NCBI GenBank assembly: GCA_963802945.1
Contig: CAWDKY010000028.1
Span: 1-64,000, forward strand
DNA: 64,000 bases
Origin: an uncultured delta proteobacterium
GTDB lineage: Bacteria > Desulfobacterota > RBG-13-43-22
Reading direction: 5' to 3'
Part shown: one piece after another, positions 20,288-29,256 of the stretch
Layout of the letters: every line of letters starts with the position of its first letter
How positions within the stretch are numbered: the first letter of the stretch is position 1
Program-made: the position numbers and the translations under genes
Notes under the pieces: generated by a model
What the model was told of the DNA's origin: nothing
The model's input: the letters and a program-made list of their open reading frames with translations, nothing else
Database searches by the model: none

Positions 20288-21166
20288 TTACAACCCCTTG
20301 AATTTATTTATAATATCAGGGATCTTTTTCACTGTCAGCTTGCCGTAAACCTGCTCGCCAACCGTGGCAGCCGGCGCAAGCCCGCAACAGCCTATGCACC
20401 GAACGGAGTTCAAGGTAAATTTTCTGTCGGAAGTTGTTTCTCCCGGCTTGACCTCCAAGACATCGCTAAATTTGTCCATCAGTCTTTCGCTTCCTCTGAC
20501 GTAGCAGGTCGTCCCCATACAGACGTTGATCACATGCTTCCCTCGCGGTGTGATACTAAATGCGCTATAGAATGTTGCGATCCTGTAGATATGAGCAAGT
20601 GGATAGCCGGTCTCCTGGGACACGTATTTCAGGGCCGTTTCCGGAAAATAGCTGAACGTCGTGTTGATCTCCTGAAGAATAGGCATCAAAGGACCATTCC
20701 GATTCCTGTGTTTCCTGACGATCTCCTCGACATCCTTATAAGGTTCCTCGAGTTCTACCTTGGTCTTCTCCTGGATTTGAACTATGTTTCTGGTTGGACA
20801 GTTTGATACGCAGGCGCCGCAACCGTTGCACTTATCCAGATCCACAAAGCGAGGCCTCTTCTTAATGGTAACGGTAAAATTCCCCGGTTCCCCTCGGAAA
20901 TTTTCAATATCAGCAAGAGTGATAATATCAATATCCTTATGCTTGCCGATCTCAACAAGCCTCGGGGCTTGAGTGCACATGGCGCAGTCATTGGTTGGGA
21001 ATGTTTTGTCGAGTTGTGACATGACCCCGCCTATGGCCGACTTGGTTTCGACAAGGTAGACCTTTATCCCACCCGCCGCCAGGTCGAGGGCCGCCTGCAT
21101 CCCCCCTATGCCCCCTCCCACGATTAGGGCCGATCCCACTTTTTCGTGTCTTTCTTCATCCGGCAT
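20288..21166 (-). CDS. Fusion of an HdrA N-terminal FAD segment + 4Fe-4S motif with a NuoE/HydC 2Fe-2S domain
   Basis: IVGGGIGG, LDKTFPTNDCAMC, PRFVDLDKCNGCGACVSNCP; then ATFYSAF, VCMGTTC, RCIGCCGLAP. Confidence 0.92.
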   Translation of the reverse strand: MPDEERHEKVGSALIVGGGIGGMQAALDLAAGGIKVYLVETKSAIGGVMSQLDKTFPTNDCAMCTQAPRLVEIGKHKDIDIITLADIENFRGEPGNFTVTIKKRPRFVDLDKCNGCGACVSNCPTRNIVQIQEKTKVELEEPYKDVEEIVRKHRNRNGPLMPILQEINTTFSYFPETALKYVSQETGYPLAHIYRIATFYSAFSITPRGKHVINVCMGTTCYVRGSERLMDKFSDVLEVKPGETTSDRKFTLNSVRCIGCCGLAPAATVGEQVYGKLTVKKIPDIINKFKGL

Positions 21167-22325
21167 AGACAGGCACCTCCTCCGGGGCAGCGGTTCGCTC
21201 GACAGTCCTCTCCCTCAGCTCCTGAGGGAGAGGAAATACATGGCCAGCGGGCGCCACATCATGTGGCCCCACTTGCCGAAAGGCATCTCGACGACCAGCA
21301 TGGGAACGACGATCACCATGTGAATAGCGTAGGCGTAGTGGGTGGCAAGCCCAAACCCGCCAAGCCTAAGAATGTGCACGGCAATGCCGCTCACGGCCGT
21401 AGCCAATAACAGGACAGGAAACACCCAATCCCTGAATTCGGAAGTCTTGTGGATCTCTCTCTTCTTCCTTATTCGGCTTATCAGGATGTCGCCGGTGCCG
21501 AACATTATGAAAGGCGGTGGCGAGATAGCCGACCCACCGCTGAGGATGGTAGAGGGGATAGACCTTGTCCGTCTGAAACCACTTCAGAGCGAAGACCATC
21601 ACGACGAGCATCGCCATGACCCCGGCTCCGAGGACGAGATGCTTTGGCCAACGCATCTTCTCGGTGGGGCATTCGACCATCTTCTTGTAGGTAAAGAAGT
21701 GAAGTACGAAAATCCGCAGCTCCATGAGCCACTGGGTGAGGGGCGAACGGCTCTCCTGCCTCTTGTGAACAGTGAACCAGTACATGCGAAAGGCGTTCGT
21801 GAGGAGGATGAAGAAGGGAAAGAGAACCACGAACAACGTGAAGTAGGTCATTATTGGAAACATGTGCTCCAGACCCATCGACGTGGACCGGAATTCACCG
21901 AAGGGCATGCCAACTCTATAGACATGGTAGAGAACGATGAGCGCGAGAACGACGGCTGCGACGAAGGAAAGGGCTCCTATATGCCAGGCCTTTGAACTGT
22001 TGATCTTTGACGCGATTCCGGTCCAGTCGTAGACGGCGGCCAGATACCGCCGCAAGGTCATCATGGACTCACGCGGACCTGTCTGGCGAGGACAGACTGT
22101 GGAACAGTCGCCGCAATCGTGACAGATCCATGGGTCCAGACTCTCGTGAAGGATTTCTCTCTGACCCATTAAGACCTGTCGAAGGGCTCTCCTTGGAAAG
22201 GAAACATTATCGCCCGCCAGGTCACAGCTTAACGTGCAACTCCCGCAGTTGAAGCAGCCGGTGGCATCGAAGCTCCCATACCTCCGCACCTCCGACAACA
22301 AAGTCGGATCACACTCATAGCTCAT
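21156..22325 (-). CDS. QmoC/HdrC-E-like FeS + membrane (cytochrome b-type) subunit, with frameshifts at ~21510 and ~21230
   Basis: CFNCGSCTLSC and CHDCGDCSTVCP, several TM helices, PFGKWGHMMWRPLA. Confidence 0.85.
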
Positions 22326-22385
22326 AGTCGCTCCTTTAGGATTGCTTCACCCTCTCTGATTATTATGGGGTATTTCCCGCGTTCC

Positions 22386-22910
22386 TCAACCACAGGCGCG
22401 CAAGACTTCCTGCGCCGCAAAAGGCACACTGTTCGCTAAGATATCCGACAGCCCCGGTCTGACCATGTCCGGGATGGACTCCACCTGACCGACAATAATG
22501 ATCACTTCGACCTGGCAGAGATCGTTTAGTTCCTTGAGCAGGTTCGTCGTGGGCATGTGATGAAGACTGAAATCATCTACCTTATGCATCGGCACTTCAC
22601 CGACGTCTATCCTGAATATGTCTCCGGGCCTTCTGTTCTTGTCGACCGCATCGATCACGATGACCTTCTTCGGCCTTAGTTCGCTGATGACCAGGTCGAA
22701 GAGGATCTCCCTCACGCCGGTTCCCGCGTTGATCACCGAGACATGGCTCGGGATGAGGCACTCCCGTTGGAGATGCTCGGCCACATAATTTCCGAAGCCG
22801 TCATCACCATAGAGAATGTTGCCGCATCCCAGAACAACCACGTCTTTGTAGATCGGTTCCGCCGTCGCCAAAGGGCACCTCGCCAGTTTTCCCGCTCCCG
22901 GATTCTTCAC
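22386..22910 (-). CDS. Hydrogenase maturation protease
   Basis: LGCGNILYGDDGFG, IDAVD, SLH. Confidence 0.92.
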   Translation of the reverse strand: MKNPGAGKLARCPLATAEPIYKDVVVLGCGNILYGDDGFGNYVAEHLQRECLIPSHVSVINAGTGVREILFDLVISELRPKKVIVIDAVDKNRRPGDIFRIDVGEVPMHKVDDFSLHHMPTTNLLKELNDLCQVEVIIIVGQVESIPDMVRPGLSDILANSVPFAAQEVLRACG

Positions 22911-24350
22911 TTGCTCAGGGTATCGATCACCCGGCCGTTGGAATCCAGGATACTGAGATCCATCGCTATACCGCCATCCAGGCGGTGGGTTGCACAGCTC
23001 AGTCAGGGGTCGTAGGCGCGTACGGCCATTTCAACCCTGTTCAGGATTCCCTGGTCGTACTTGCCCGCTTTGATGACCTCCTTGGCTGCTTGGTTTACTG
23101 AAAGATTTATCGCGGCGTTGTTGTGGGTCGTGCCTACAATCAGGTTCAGTTTAGTGATCAGGCCGTCCTGGTCACACTCATAATCATGGATCAGGGTGCC
23201 GCGAGGGGCCTCAACACAACCCACGCCACGCCCCGCCTTGGCGGTAATGGGTACCCTGATATCCGTGCCGGTGATCTCCGGGTCATTCAGGAGTTCCACC
23301 ATGGTTTCCGCCGTTTGGAGCAGCTCGATTAGCCTGGCATAGTGGTAAAGCAGGGTGTAGTGGGCCGGACGACCGAAAGCAGCCCGGAACTCTTCCAACT
23401 CCGCTTGCGCCAGGGGGGTCGCCATCTTGTCGGCCACGTTGATGCGGGCCAGACAGTTGGTACGATATACCCCAACCGGATTCTCCAATGACAGATTGAA
23501 TGTTCCCCACTTCTTGGCATAGGGGAACTTCTGATAGGACCAGGGCTCCACTCATTCGCCGATATAATCCAGATATTCATCGTAGGCAAAATCGTCATAG
23601 GAGCCATCGTGCTTCATCATCCGGAGCTTGCCGTCGTAGAAGTCCAGTGCCCCATCGTCCCGCACGGTGCCGAGATAACCCACTTCAATGACGCCAATCG
23701 ACTTGATGGCGTCCATGTACTTGGGGAAGACATTCTCTTTGGCGAACTTAATGGTGAACTTGGCGAACTCCAGCAGTTCCTGGGCAGGGGGCAGCATCTT
23801 CTTCCGCTCGGCTTCAGTGAGGGGCTTGCTCACCCCTCCCGGTACGGAGAAGGTGGGATGAATGGCCCTGCCTGCAAATCCCTCCAGCATCTGGGCCCCC
23901 AAGTGGCGCATGTGCACCACCTGCTTGGCGATATCGGGAGCGGCCTGGATGATGCCGACTACGTTGCGCACAGAATAATCGGCGTCAGGGCCGATGACAA
24001 AATCCGGGAGCCGCCAAAAAGTAAAAATGGAGTATTTTGTCACTCACGTAAGCGATGCTCTGCATCAAGCGGCGCAATTTCACTGCGGTTGGTGGCGGTG
24101 TAACCCCGAAACACCCGTCTGCCGCTTTGCTCGAGGCCAGGTGATGCGCCCAGGGGCAGATGCCGCAGATGTGGCAGACTGTCCGTGGCATCTCCTCCAC
24201 GGGCCGACCTTCACAAAATTTCTCAAAGCCGCGTAAGGTCTGGACATGGAACTTGGTATCGCTGACATTGCCCTCATCGTCCAGTGTGATAGCTACCTTG
24301 GCATGGCCTTCGATTCTAGTTACCGGCTGAATATTGATTATTTTGCTCAT
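22907..24350 (-). CDS. mvhA: Group 3c (Mvh/Vhu-type) [NiFeSe] hydrogenase large subunit; Sec at UGA 23003-23005, second in-frame UGA at 23552-23554, +1 frameshift ~24007
   Basis: TRIEGH, RGFE, ICGICP (L1), EAPRG, RAYDP-UGA-LSCATH (L2), then a cleavable C-terminal tail ending in TGA at 22907. Confidence 0.93.
22965..22998 (-). promoter_or_regulatory. Putative bacterial SECIS element
   Basis: Apical stem ACCGCC-UGGAU-GGCGGU starting 16 nt after the UGA; lower stem GCUGU/AUAGC. Confidence 0.75.
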
Positions 24351-24364
24351 AGCGTTTCACCTCC

Positions 24365-25309
24365 TCATTTCACTGGCCGCACAGGTAGGACCCTCAGGTT
24401 GCCGTGCCCGCCGGTATAGCGGTTCATTATAGCCCGCCGATCCAATATAGATTTGGCATCGAGCCCAACAGAACTTAAGGCGCCCATCATATCCACCATG
24501 GGCTGGGCTCCTTTCCGAATAGGTCCGAAACATCCCCGGCAAGGGGTCCGGGCCTGTATGCACCGGGGCACCCCGGTTTTTCCCGAACAGCCTGCGAGCG
24601 TCACCGGACCCATGCATAGGAAGCCCTGCTCGTTGATGCAGCGCATCTTGTCGAGGCCCTCCTCCGGGTTGAACTCCACGTTCTCCAGCCAACGCTTCAC
24701 AGGACCGCCGCCAGACTTTTGTTGCCGTATTACCGGGCAGGTGTCGCACACACTCCGCTCGGGAAGGCTCCAGGAGGTCTTGCCCTGAAGCAGACCGGTA
24801 ATGGCCTCGGCGATCCAGTCAGGATGGGGAGGACAACCGGGAATCTTGATATCCACGTTCACGACCTCATCCACCGCGGCGCAGGTGGGGGTCCACTTGG
24901 GCACATTCGGATCCTCCGGGTCGGGCGCGGGAGTGGAGGAAGAACACTGACGAAAGACCTTCTCAAAAACATCCTCATTCTTCCACATATTGGCCTGGGC
25001 GGGCACGCCGCCGTAGCAGGCGCAACTGCCAAGGGAAATGAGGAACTTCGTTTTCTTCCTGATCTCCTCCAATTCGTGTTTTTGCTCTTCGTTGCGGACC
25101 CCTCCGGACACGATGCCCACCACGGCCTCGGGGATTTCCATGACCGTCCCGTCGCCGGTCTGGCCGAAGAACTTGTGGTCTACCAGCGCCGTGATGTGGA
25201 CAAAGTTAATCTCAGGCAACAAGTCCAACAGGGGGTCCCCGATATTAAGAATCGAGATCTCACAACCGGAACAGGCGTTTAGCCAATCTTCCACTACATT
25301 TACCGCCAT
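24365..25309 (-). CDS. mvhG: Mvh-type hydrogenase small subunit
   Basis: WLNACSGCE, GSCACYGG, IPGCPP, VCDTC, CMGPVT.AGC, PCRGCFG. Confidence 0.93.
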   Translation of the reverse strand: MAVNVVEDWLNACSGCEISILNIGDPLLDLLPEINFVHITALVDHKFFGQTGDGTVMEIPEAVVGIVSGGVRNEEQKHELEEIRKKTKFLISLGSCACYGGVPAQANMWKNEDVFEKVFRQCSSSTPAPDPEDPNVPKWTPTCAAVDEVVNVDIKIPGCPPHPDWIAEAITGLLQGKTSWSLPERSVCDTCPVIRQQKSGGGPVKRWLENVEFNPEEGLDKMRCINEQGFLCMGPVTLAGCSGKTGVPRCIQARTPCRGCFGPIRKGAQPMVDMMGALSSVGLDAKSILDRRAIMNRYTGGHGNLRVLPVRPVK

Positions 25310-25359
25310 ATGACTTCCTCCTTTCTCGTTTTTCGCTTTACCTTCCGCTTCATTTCGCC

Positions 25360-25557
25360 TTAGGAGCCTTGCACAGCGACCTCCTTCACCACCCTCCTGG
25401 TGTAGAGAAAGAGCTTCTCACCTTCTTCAACGGTCTCGACTTCAAAACCGTCCTTTTTATACTTCTGCATAGCATCTAGAATCGCATCTTTCGACGGGAA
25501 TTGAACGCCATCCCACATGAATTTTTTCTCGTTGATAGTCCGATAGTCGGCGGGCAT
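25360..25557 (-). CDS. Small hypothetical protein in the hydrogenase operon
   Basis: 65-aa ORF, co-oriented and tightly packed between the receiver gene and mvhG. Confidence 0.7.
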   Translation of the reverse strand: MPADYRTINEKKFMWDGVQFPSKDAILDAMQKYKKDGFEVETVEEGEKLFLYTRRVVKEVAVQGS

Positions 25558-25560
25558 ATT

Positions 25561-26010
25561 TCACCGTCCCTTCGATGGATTTGCGTGAGGCCAACCAGGG
25601 ATCAGATCGGCGAGAACCGGCGGCGCATACACCTTTCCCTGTCTGATCGTTTCTATGGCTTTTAAGAGTTCTTTGTCGACGCATTCTCTAATGAGACAAC
25701 CCTCAGCCCCATTGGCCAGGGCCTGACCCAAATACTCCACATCTTCGTGCATGCTCAGGGCTAACACCTTCGTTCCAGGCAGGGCCTCCTTGACTTTGAG
25801 AATAGCCTCTGGTCCATGGAGGTTGGGTAACGACAGGTCAAGAATGACCAGGTGGGGAGACGGAGTGCTGGTGCGGAGCAGATCGAGCAGTTCCCGACCT
25901 TCTCCGGCCTCTCCGATGAACTGTAGATCCGGCTGTTCGTCCAGTATGCGTCTCATGCCCTGCCGCAGAGGAGCGTGACTATTGGCCAGAACGATCCGGA
26001 AAGGACCCAT
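25561..26010 (-). CDS. NarL-type receiver domain without HTH
   Basis: IVLANSH, VILDLSLP, LSMH; ends where the HTH would begin. Confidence 0.82.
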   Translation of the reverse strand: MGPFRIVLANSHAPLRQGMRRILDEQPDLQFIGEAGEGRELLDLLRTSTPSPHLVILDLSLPNLHGPEAILKVKEALPGTKVLALSMHEDVEYLGQALANGAEGCLIRECVDKELLKAIETIRQGKVYAPPVLADLIPGWPHANPSKGR

Positions 26011-26036
26011 CGGACTTATCCTCCCTCACCGTTTAC

Positions 26037-26106
26037 ATTGTCACGCCTGAGAGTCCGTTGGTCAATCTGCAGAACTACTTATTGTTGAGTGAGTAGAAAT
26101 ACCTAT
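26037..26106 (-). promoter_or_regulatory. Candidate sigma70 promoter with an upstream NarL-like operator
   Basis: TTGACC-17 nt-GACAAT; ATAGGTA-TTTC-TACTCAC inverted heptamers at 26089-26106. Confidence 0.4.
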
Positions 26107-26143
26107 GAGCCCGCAGGTGCGGAGCCTACGGAGGTCTTAAAAG

Positions 26144-26797
26144 TTATACATAGCCCTTTTGGATGGCATATTTGACGAGGTCAGTGGCCTTTTTCAGGTT
26201 CAATTTTTCCATTATGTTGGCCCGATGGTTATCCACGGTGCGCGTACTTATGTAGAGAAGGTCTCCTATTTCTTTGCTTGATCTGCCCTCGGCTATCAGT
26301 TTCAGCACTTCTCTTTCTCTGATCGTCAACGGATCGATCTCCAAGGAGGTCTTTCCTTCTCCCCTCCCGATCTGCACCAGATCACCTAGCAGATCCTCTG
26401 AAAAGGAAGGGGATACGTAAGTTTTTCCCTTTCGTATTCTCTCGATGGCAGAAAAGAGCTCTTGGTCCGCATCTTCCTTGATAAGATAGCCTCTGGCGCC
26501 GGCGGACAGTGCGAGATACAAGTATTCTTTATCTTTGTGCATGGTGAGGATCAAGATGACCGTATCAGGTCTAATCAACTTGATCTCATGAATCGCCTCT
26601 ATCCCTCGCAACCTGGGCATGGAGATATCCAGAATAACCATGTCAGGGTTAAGGTGTTTACAGAGATCGAGAAGTTCGAGCCCATCGCTCGCTTCCCCTA
26701 TGACCTTTAGATCGGCGGACCCTTCTATTATTCGTCTTAGTCCCTGCCGAACCAGGACATGATCGTCGGCCAGAATTATTTGGTACGATCCTTTGAT
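26144..26797 (-). CDS. NarL/LuxR-family response regulator with an apparent ATC start
   Basis: Open frame extends 52 codons above ORF 26641 (IKGSYQIILADDH...); SD AAGGAGG 6 nt before ATC; HTH LT.REREVL...TVDNHRANIM. Confidence 0.9.
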   Translation of the reverse strand: MKGSYQIILADDHVLVRQGLRRIIEGSADLKVIGEASDGLELLDLCKHLNPDMVILDISMPRLRGIEAIHEIKLIRPDTVILILTMHKDKEYLYLALSAGARGYLIKEDADQELFSAIERIRKGKTYVSPSFSEDLLGDLVQIGRGEGKTSLEIDPLTIREREVLKLIAEGRSSKEIGDLLYISTRTVDNHRANIMEKLNLKKATDLVKYAIQKGYV

Positions 26798-29256
26798 TGG
26801 TTGCCTCCTTTCACGGGGACGGTCAGGGTTACCCTGGTTCCCTTGCCTGCTTCGGCCTGGACCGACATGGCTCCTCCGAGCATTTGTGCTCGTCCCATCA
26901 TGGTCACCAGACCGAGGCCTTTTTCCTCGGGGCCTCTGGCAACGGTCTCAGCAGCATCGAAACCCTTTCCGTCATCTTTAATCGCAAAGGACACCGTGTC
27001 CATATCTCTTTGCACAGTCATAGTAACGTTTTTCGCTTCCGAGTGCTTCCCTATGTTGGTAAGTGCTTCCTGGATGATTCTGTAGAGAATCGTGTGGGAA
27101 TCTCGGGAAACCAAGGCGTCGATATCGATCATATCGAGGGCGACTCTTATGTTGTGTCTCTTGGCAAAATTGCCGACCAGCCATCGGATGGCCGCGGAAA
27201 GGCCGAAGTCTTCGAGGATGGTTGGGCTCAGATCCCTCGACAGCCGACGGACGTTCTCTATGACCTGCTCTATATACTCGATCGCCTTTTCGCACTCGTG
27301 TCGAAGCCCTGTCTGCTGAGCAGAGAGGTTCCGCTCTATGAAGTTGAGATGCAGCTTCAGTACCGTCAGCGCTTGGCCAAGTTCATCGTGGAGTTCCGTG
27401 GAAATTCGCTTCCGTTCTGTTTCCTGAGCCGTCAAGAGCTGAGTAGAGAGCTCTCGAAGCTGCTTTTCCGACTCTTTTAGGGCCTCTTCGGCCCGTTTGC
27501 GTTCGGTTATGCCGGTTAGTATCGCGAAGCTTCCTTTAAACTCACCGCGTTCGTCAAGGATGGCCTTCGGCGATACCAGCGTATACATAGGCTGCCCGTC
27601 CTTCCTTAGCCAGGTAAGCTCATAGAATCCGCCTTCACCCTGCATCCGTGCTGCCATTTGCCGTCTATAGATGATCTGATCGTGCTCACTCAGGAAGTCC
27701 GTGACCCGCCGGCCCACCATATCTTCTTTAGCGTAATCCAACATTTCGCACAGCCTATCATTTACGTAGACCCACACACCCTTTTCATCCTGCACTCCTA
27801 ACCCGTCGCTCATCGTCTCCACCAGCATTCGGTACCGTTCCTCGCTCTGTCGGAGTTGTGTCTCCACTTTTTTTCGGTCGGTAACCTCCCGGACAACGCA
27901 CAATTTGCAGCGGATTCCGTCTGACGCGGCAAACGGCGTGTCGAGAAAATCATAGGTCCTACCCGTCTTGGCAGAATGCCATTCCCAAGAGACGGTTTTT
28001 CCGGTTAACACTTCTTCAAACTTACACCAATCACAGATCCGCGGCAGGTCATGGATGTATTCGTAACACTTGCGCTTCCTAACGGATCCGAACCGTCTTA
28101 CGATTGCCGGGTTTGCGTAGAGCACTTCGTATTGCTGATCGACGATATAGATCCCGTCCTCTATGGAATCGAGGATGTCCTTTAGATTGTTTCGTTCGAG
28201 TTCCAACGCCTCTTCGGCCTTCCTGCGTTCGGCTGTCTTCTCCTGCCAACGCAGCACTTCCTCCTCAGCCTTTATTTTCATCCGTTCTTTGCGAAGTAGC
28301 AGCGCTGAACCTACTGTCAGGGCGGCAAGAACGATGACGAGAAGGAAGAGATGGTCTCGCAGGCTCCTTCTCAAGAATCCCGTCACTCGCTCATATGGGA
28401 CGTTGGCCACGATGACCCATGATGCACCTTCGAACTCCATCGGAACGAAGGCAGCTATTTTTTTTGAAAAACCCCTGACTTCGTAGTCCACAATTCCTTG
28501 CTTTCTTGACAGGATCTCTTTGACATGGTTGAACGACCCATGGCAGGAGCGGCAGTTCACCTCCTTCTGATGGATATTCCGAAAGACCATGTCCGGGTGA
28601 TCCGGCAGAAAAATAAGGGTTCCGTCCCTGTCGACAATCCAGATTTGATCAAGGCTTATCAGGAGACCCTTAGACTCTAACTGGTCGGCGAGAAACGCCT
28701 TCATGTCCAAGGTGAAGGAGAGAAGGCCGCTAAACTGCCCTTGAGACAGAGGGTGTCCTGACGTGTGAGATTTTCGATAGATAGGGACGGCAAGAGTAAA
28801 CATGAGGAGCTCCCTGCCCTTGGCCGCGGGGGCCAAGGTGATTCGGCCTACATTCTCCTTCTCTCGGGCCCACTGAAGAAGCTTACTATCTGCCGTCGTG
28901 ATCCCGGTGATTCCGGGATCCGTCGAATAGATGGCCTTTCCATGTATATCGTAAAGGGTGACGGCCCGGACGTAAACCTTGCTTATCTCTCGGGAGTAGG
29001 CTTCGATATCGCGTTTTTGATTTTCGGGTTGGGTGCCTCGAATAGAAGGGAGGGAGGAGATGGCCCTCAATCCTCGAGATCGGGCCTGGAAGAAAAACCG
29101 AATCTGTGATGACAGATGGTCCGCATATGAGAGTTGTTGTTCCTGGATTTGGGAGAGAACGGCCTGGATTCCTTGGTGATAGAGGTGAAAGGTAAGGAGA
29201 GAGACCACTACAAGCAGCAAGACAGCCAATGCAACAAGGACCCGATTTTGTGTCAA
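26776..29256 (-). CDS. Membrane sensor kinase (HisKA_3) with a periplasmic Cache-like domain carrying CXXCH and two PAS domains
   Basis: Two TM helices, CRSCH, PAS domains, ERKRISTELHDELGQ, QEALTNI.KH, DDGKGF. Confidence 0.9.
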   Translation of the reverse strand: MTQNRVLVALAVLLLVVVSLLTFHLYHQGIQAVLSQIQEQQLSYADHLSSQIRFFFQARSRGLRAISSLPSIRGTQPENQKRDIEAYSREISKVYVRAVTLYDIHGKAIYSTDPGITGITTADSKLLQWAREKENVGRITLAPAAKGRELLMFTLAVPIYRKSHTSGHPLSQGQFSGLLSFTLDMKAFLADQLESKGLLISLDQIWIVDRDGTLIFLPDHPDMVFRNIHQKEVNCRSCHGSFNHVKEILSRKQGIVDYEVRGFSKKIAAFVPMEFEGASWVIVANVPYERVTGFLRRSLRDHLFLLVIVLAALTVGSALLLRKERMKIKAEEEVLRWQEKTAERRKAEEALELERNNLKDILDSIEDGIYIVDQQYEVLYANPAIVRRFGSVRKRKCYEYIHDLPRICDWCKFEEVLTGKTVSWEWHSAKTGRTYDFLDTPFAASDGIRCKLCVVREVTDRKKVETQLRQSEERYRMLVETMSDGLGVQDEKGVWVYVNDRLCEMLDYAKEDMVGRRVTDFLSEHDQIIYRRQMAARMQGEGGFYELTWLRKDGQPMYTLVSPKAILDERGEFKGSFAILTGITERKRAEEALKESEKQLRELSTQLLTAQETERKRISTELHDELGQALTVLKLHLNFIERNLSAQQTGLRHECEKAIEYIEQVIENVRRLSRDLSPTILEDFGLSAAIRWLVGNFAKRHNIRVALDMIDIDALVSRDSHTILYRIIQEALTNIGKHSEAKNVTMTVQRDMDTVSFAIKDDGKGFDAAETVARGPEEKGLGLVTMMGRAQMLGGAMSVQAEAGKGTRVTLTVPVKGGNQSKDRTK

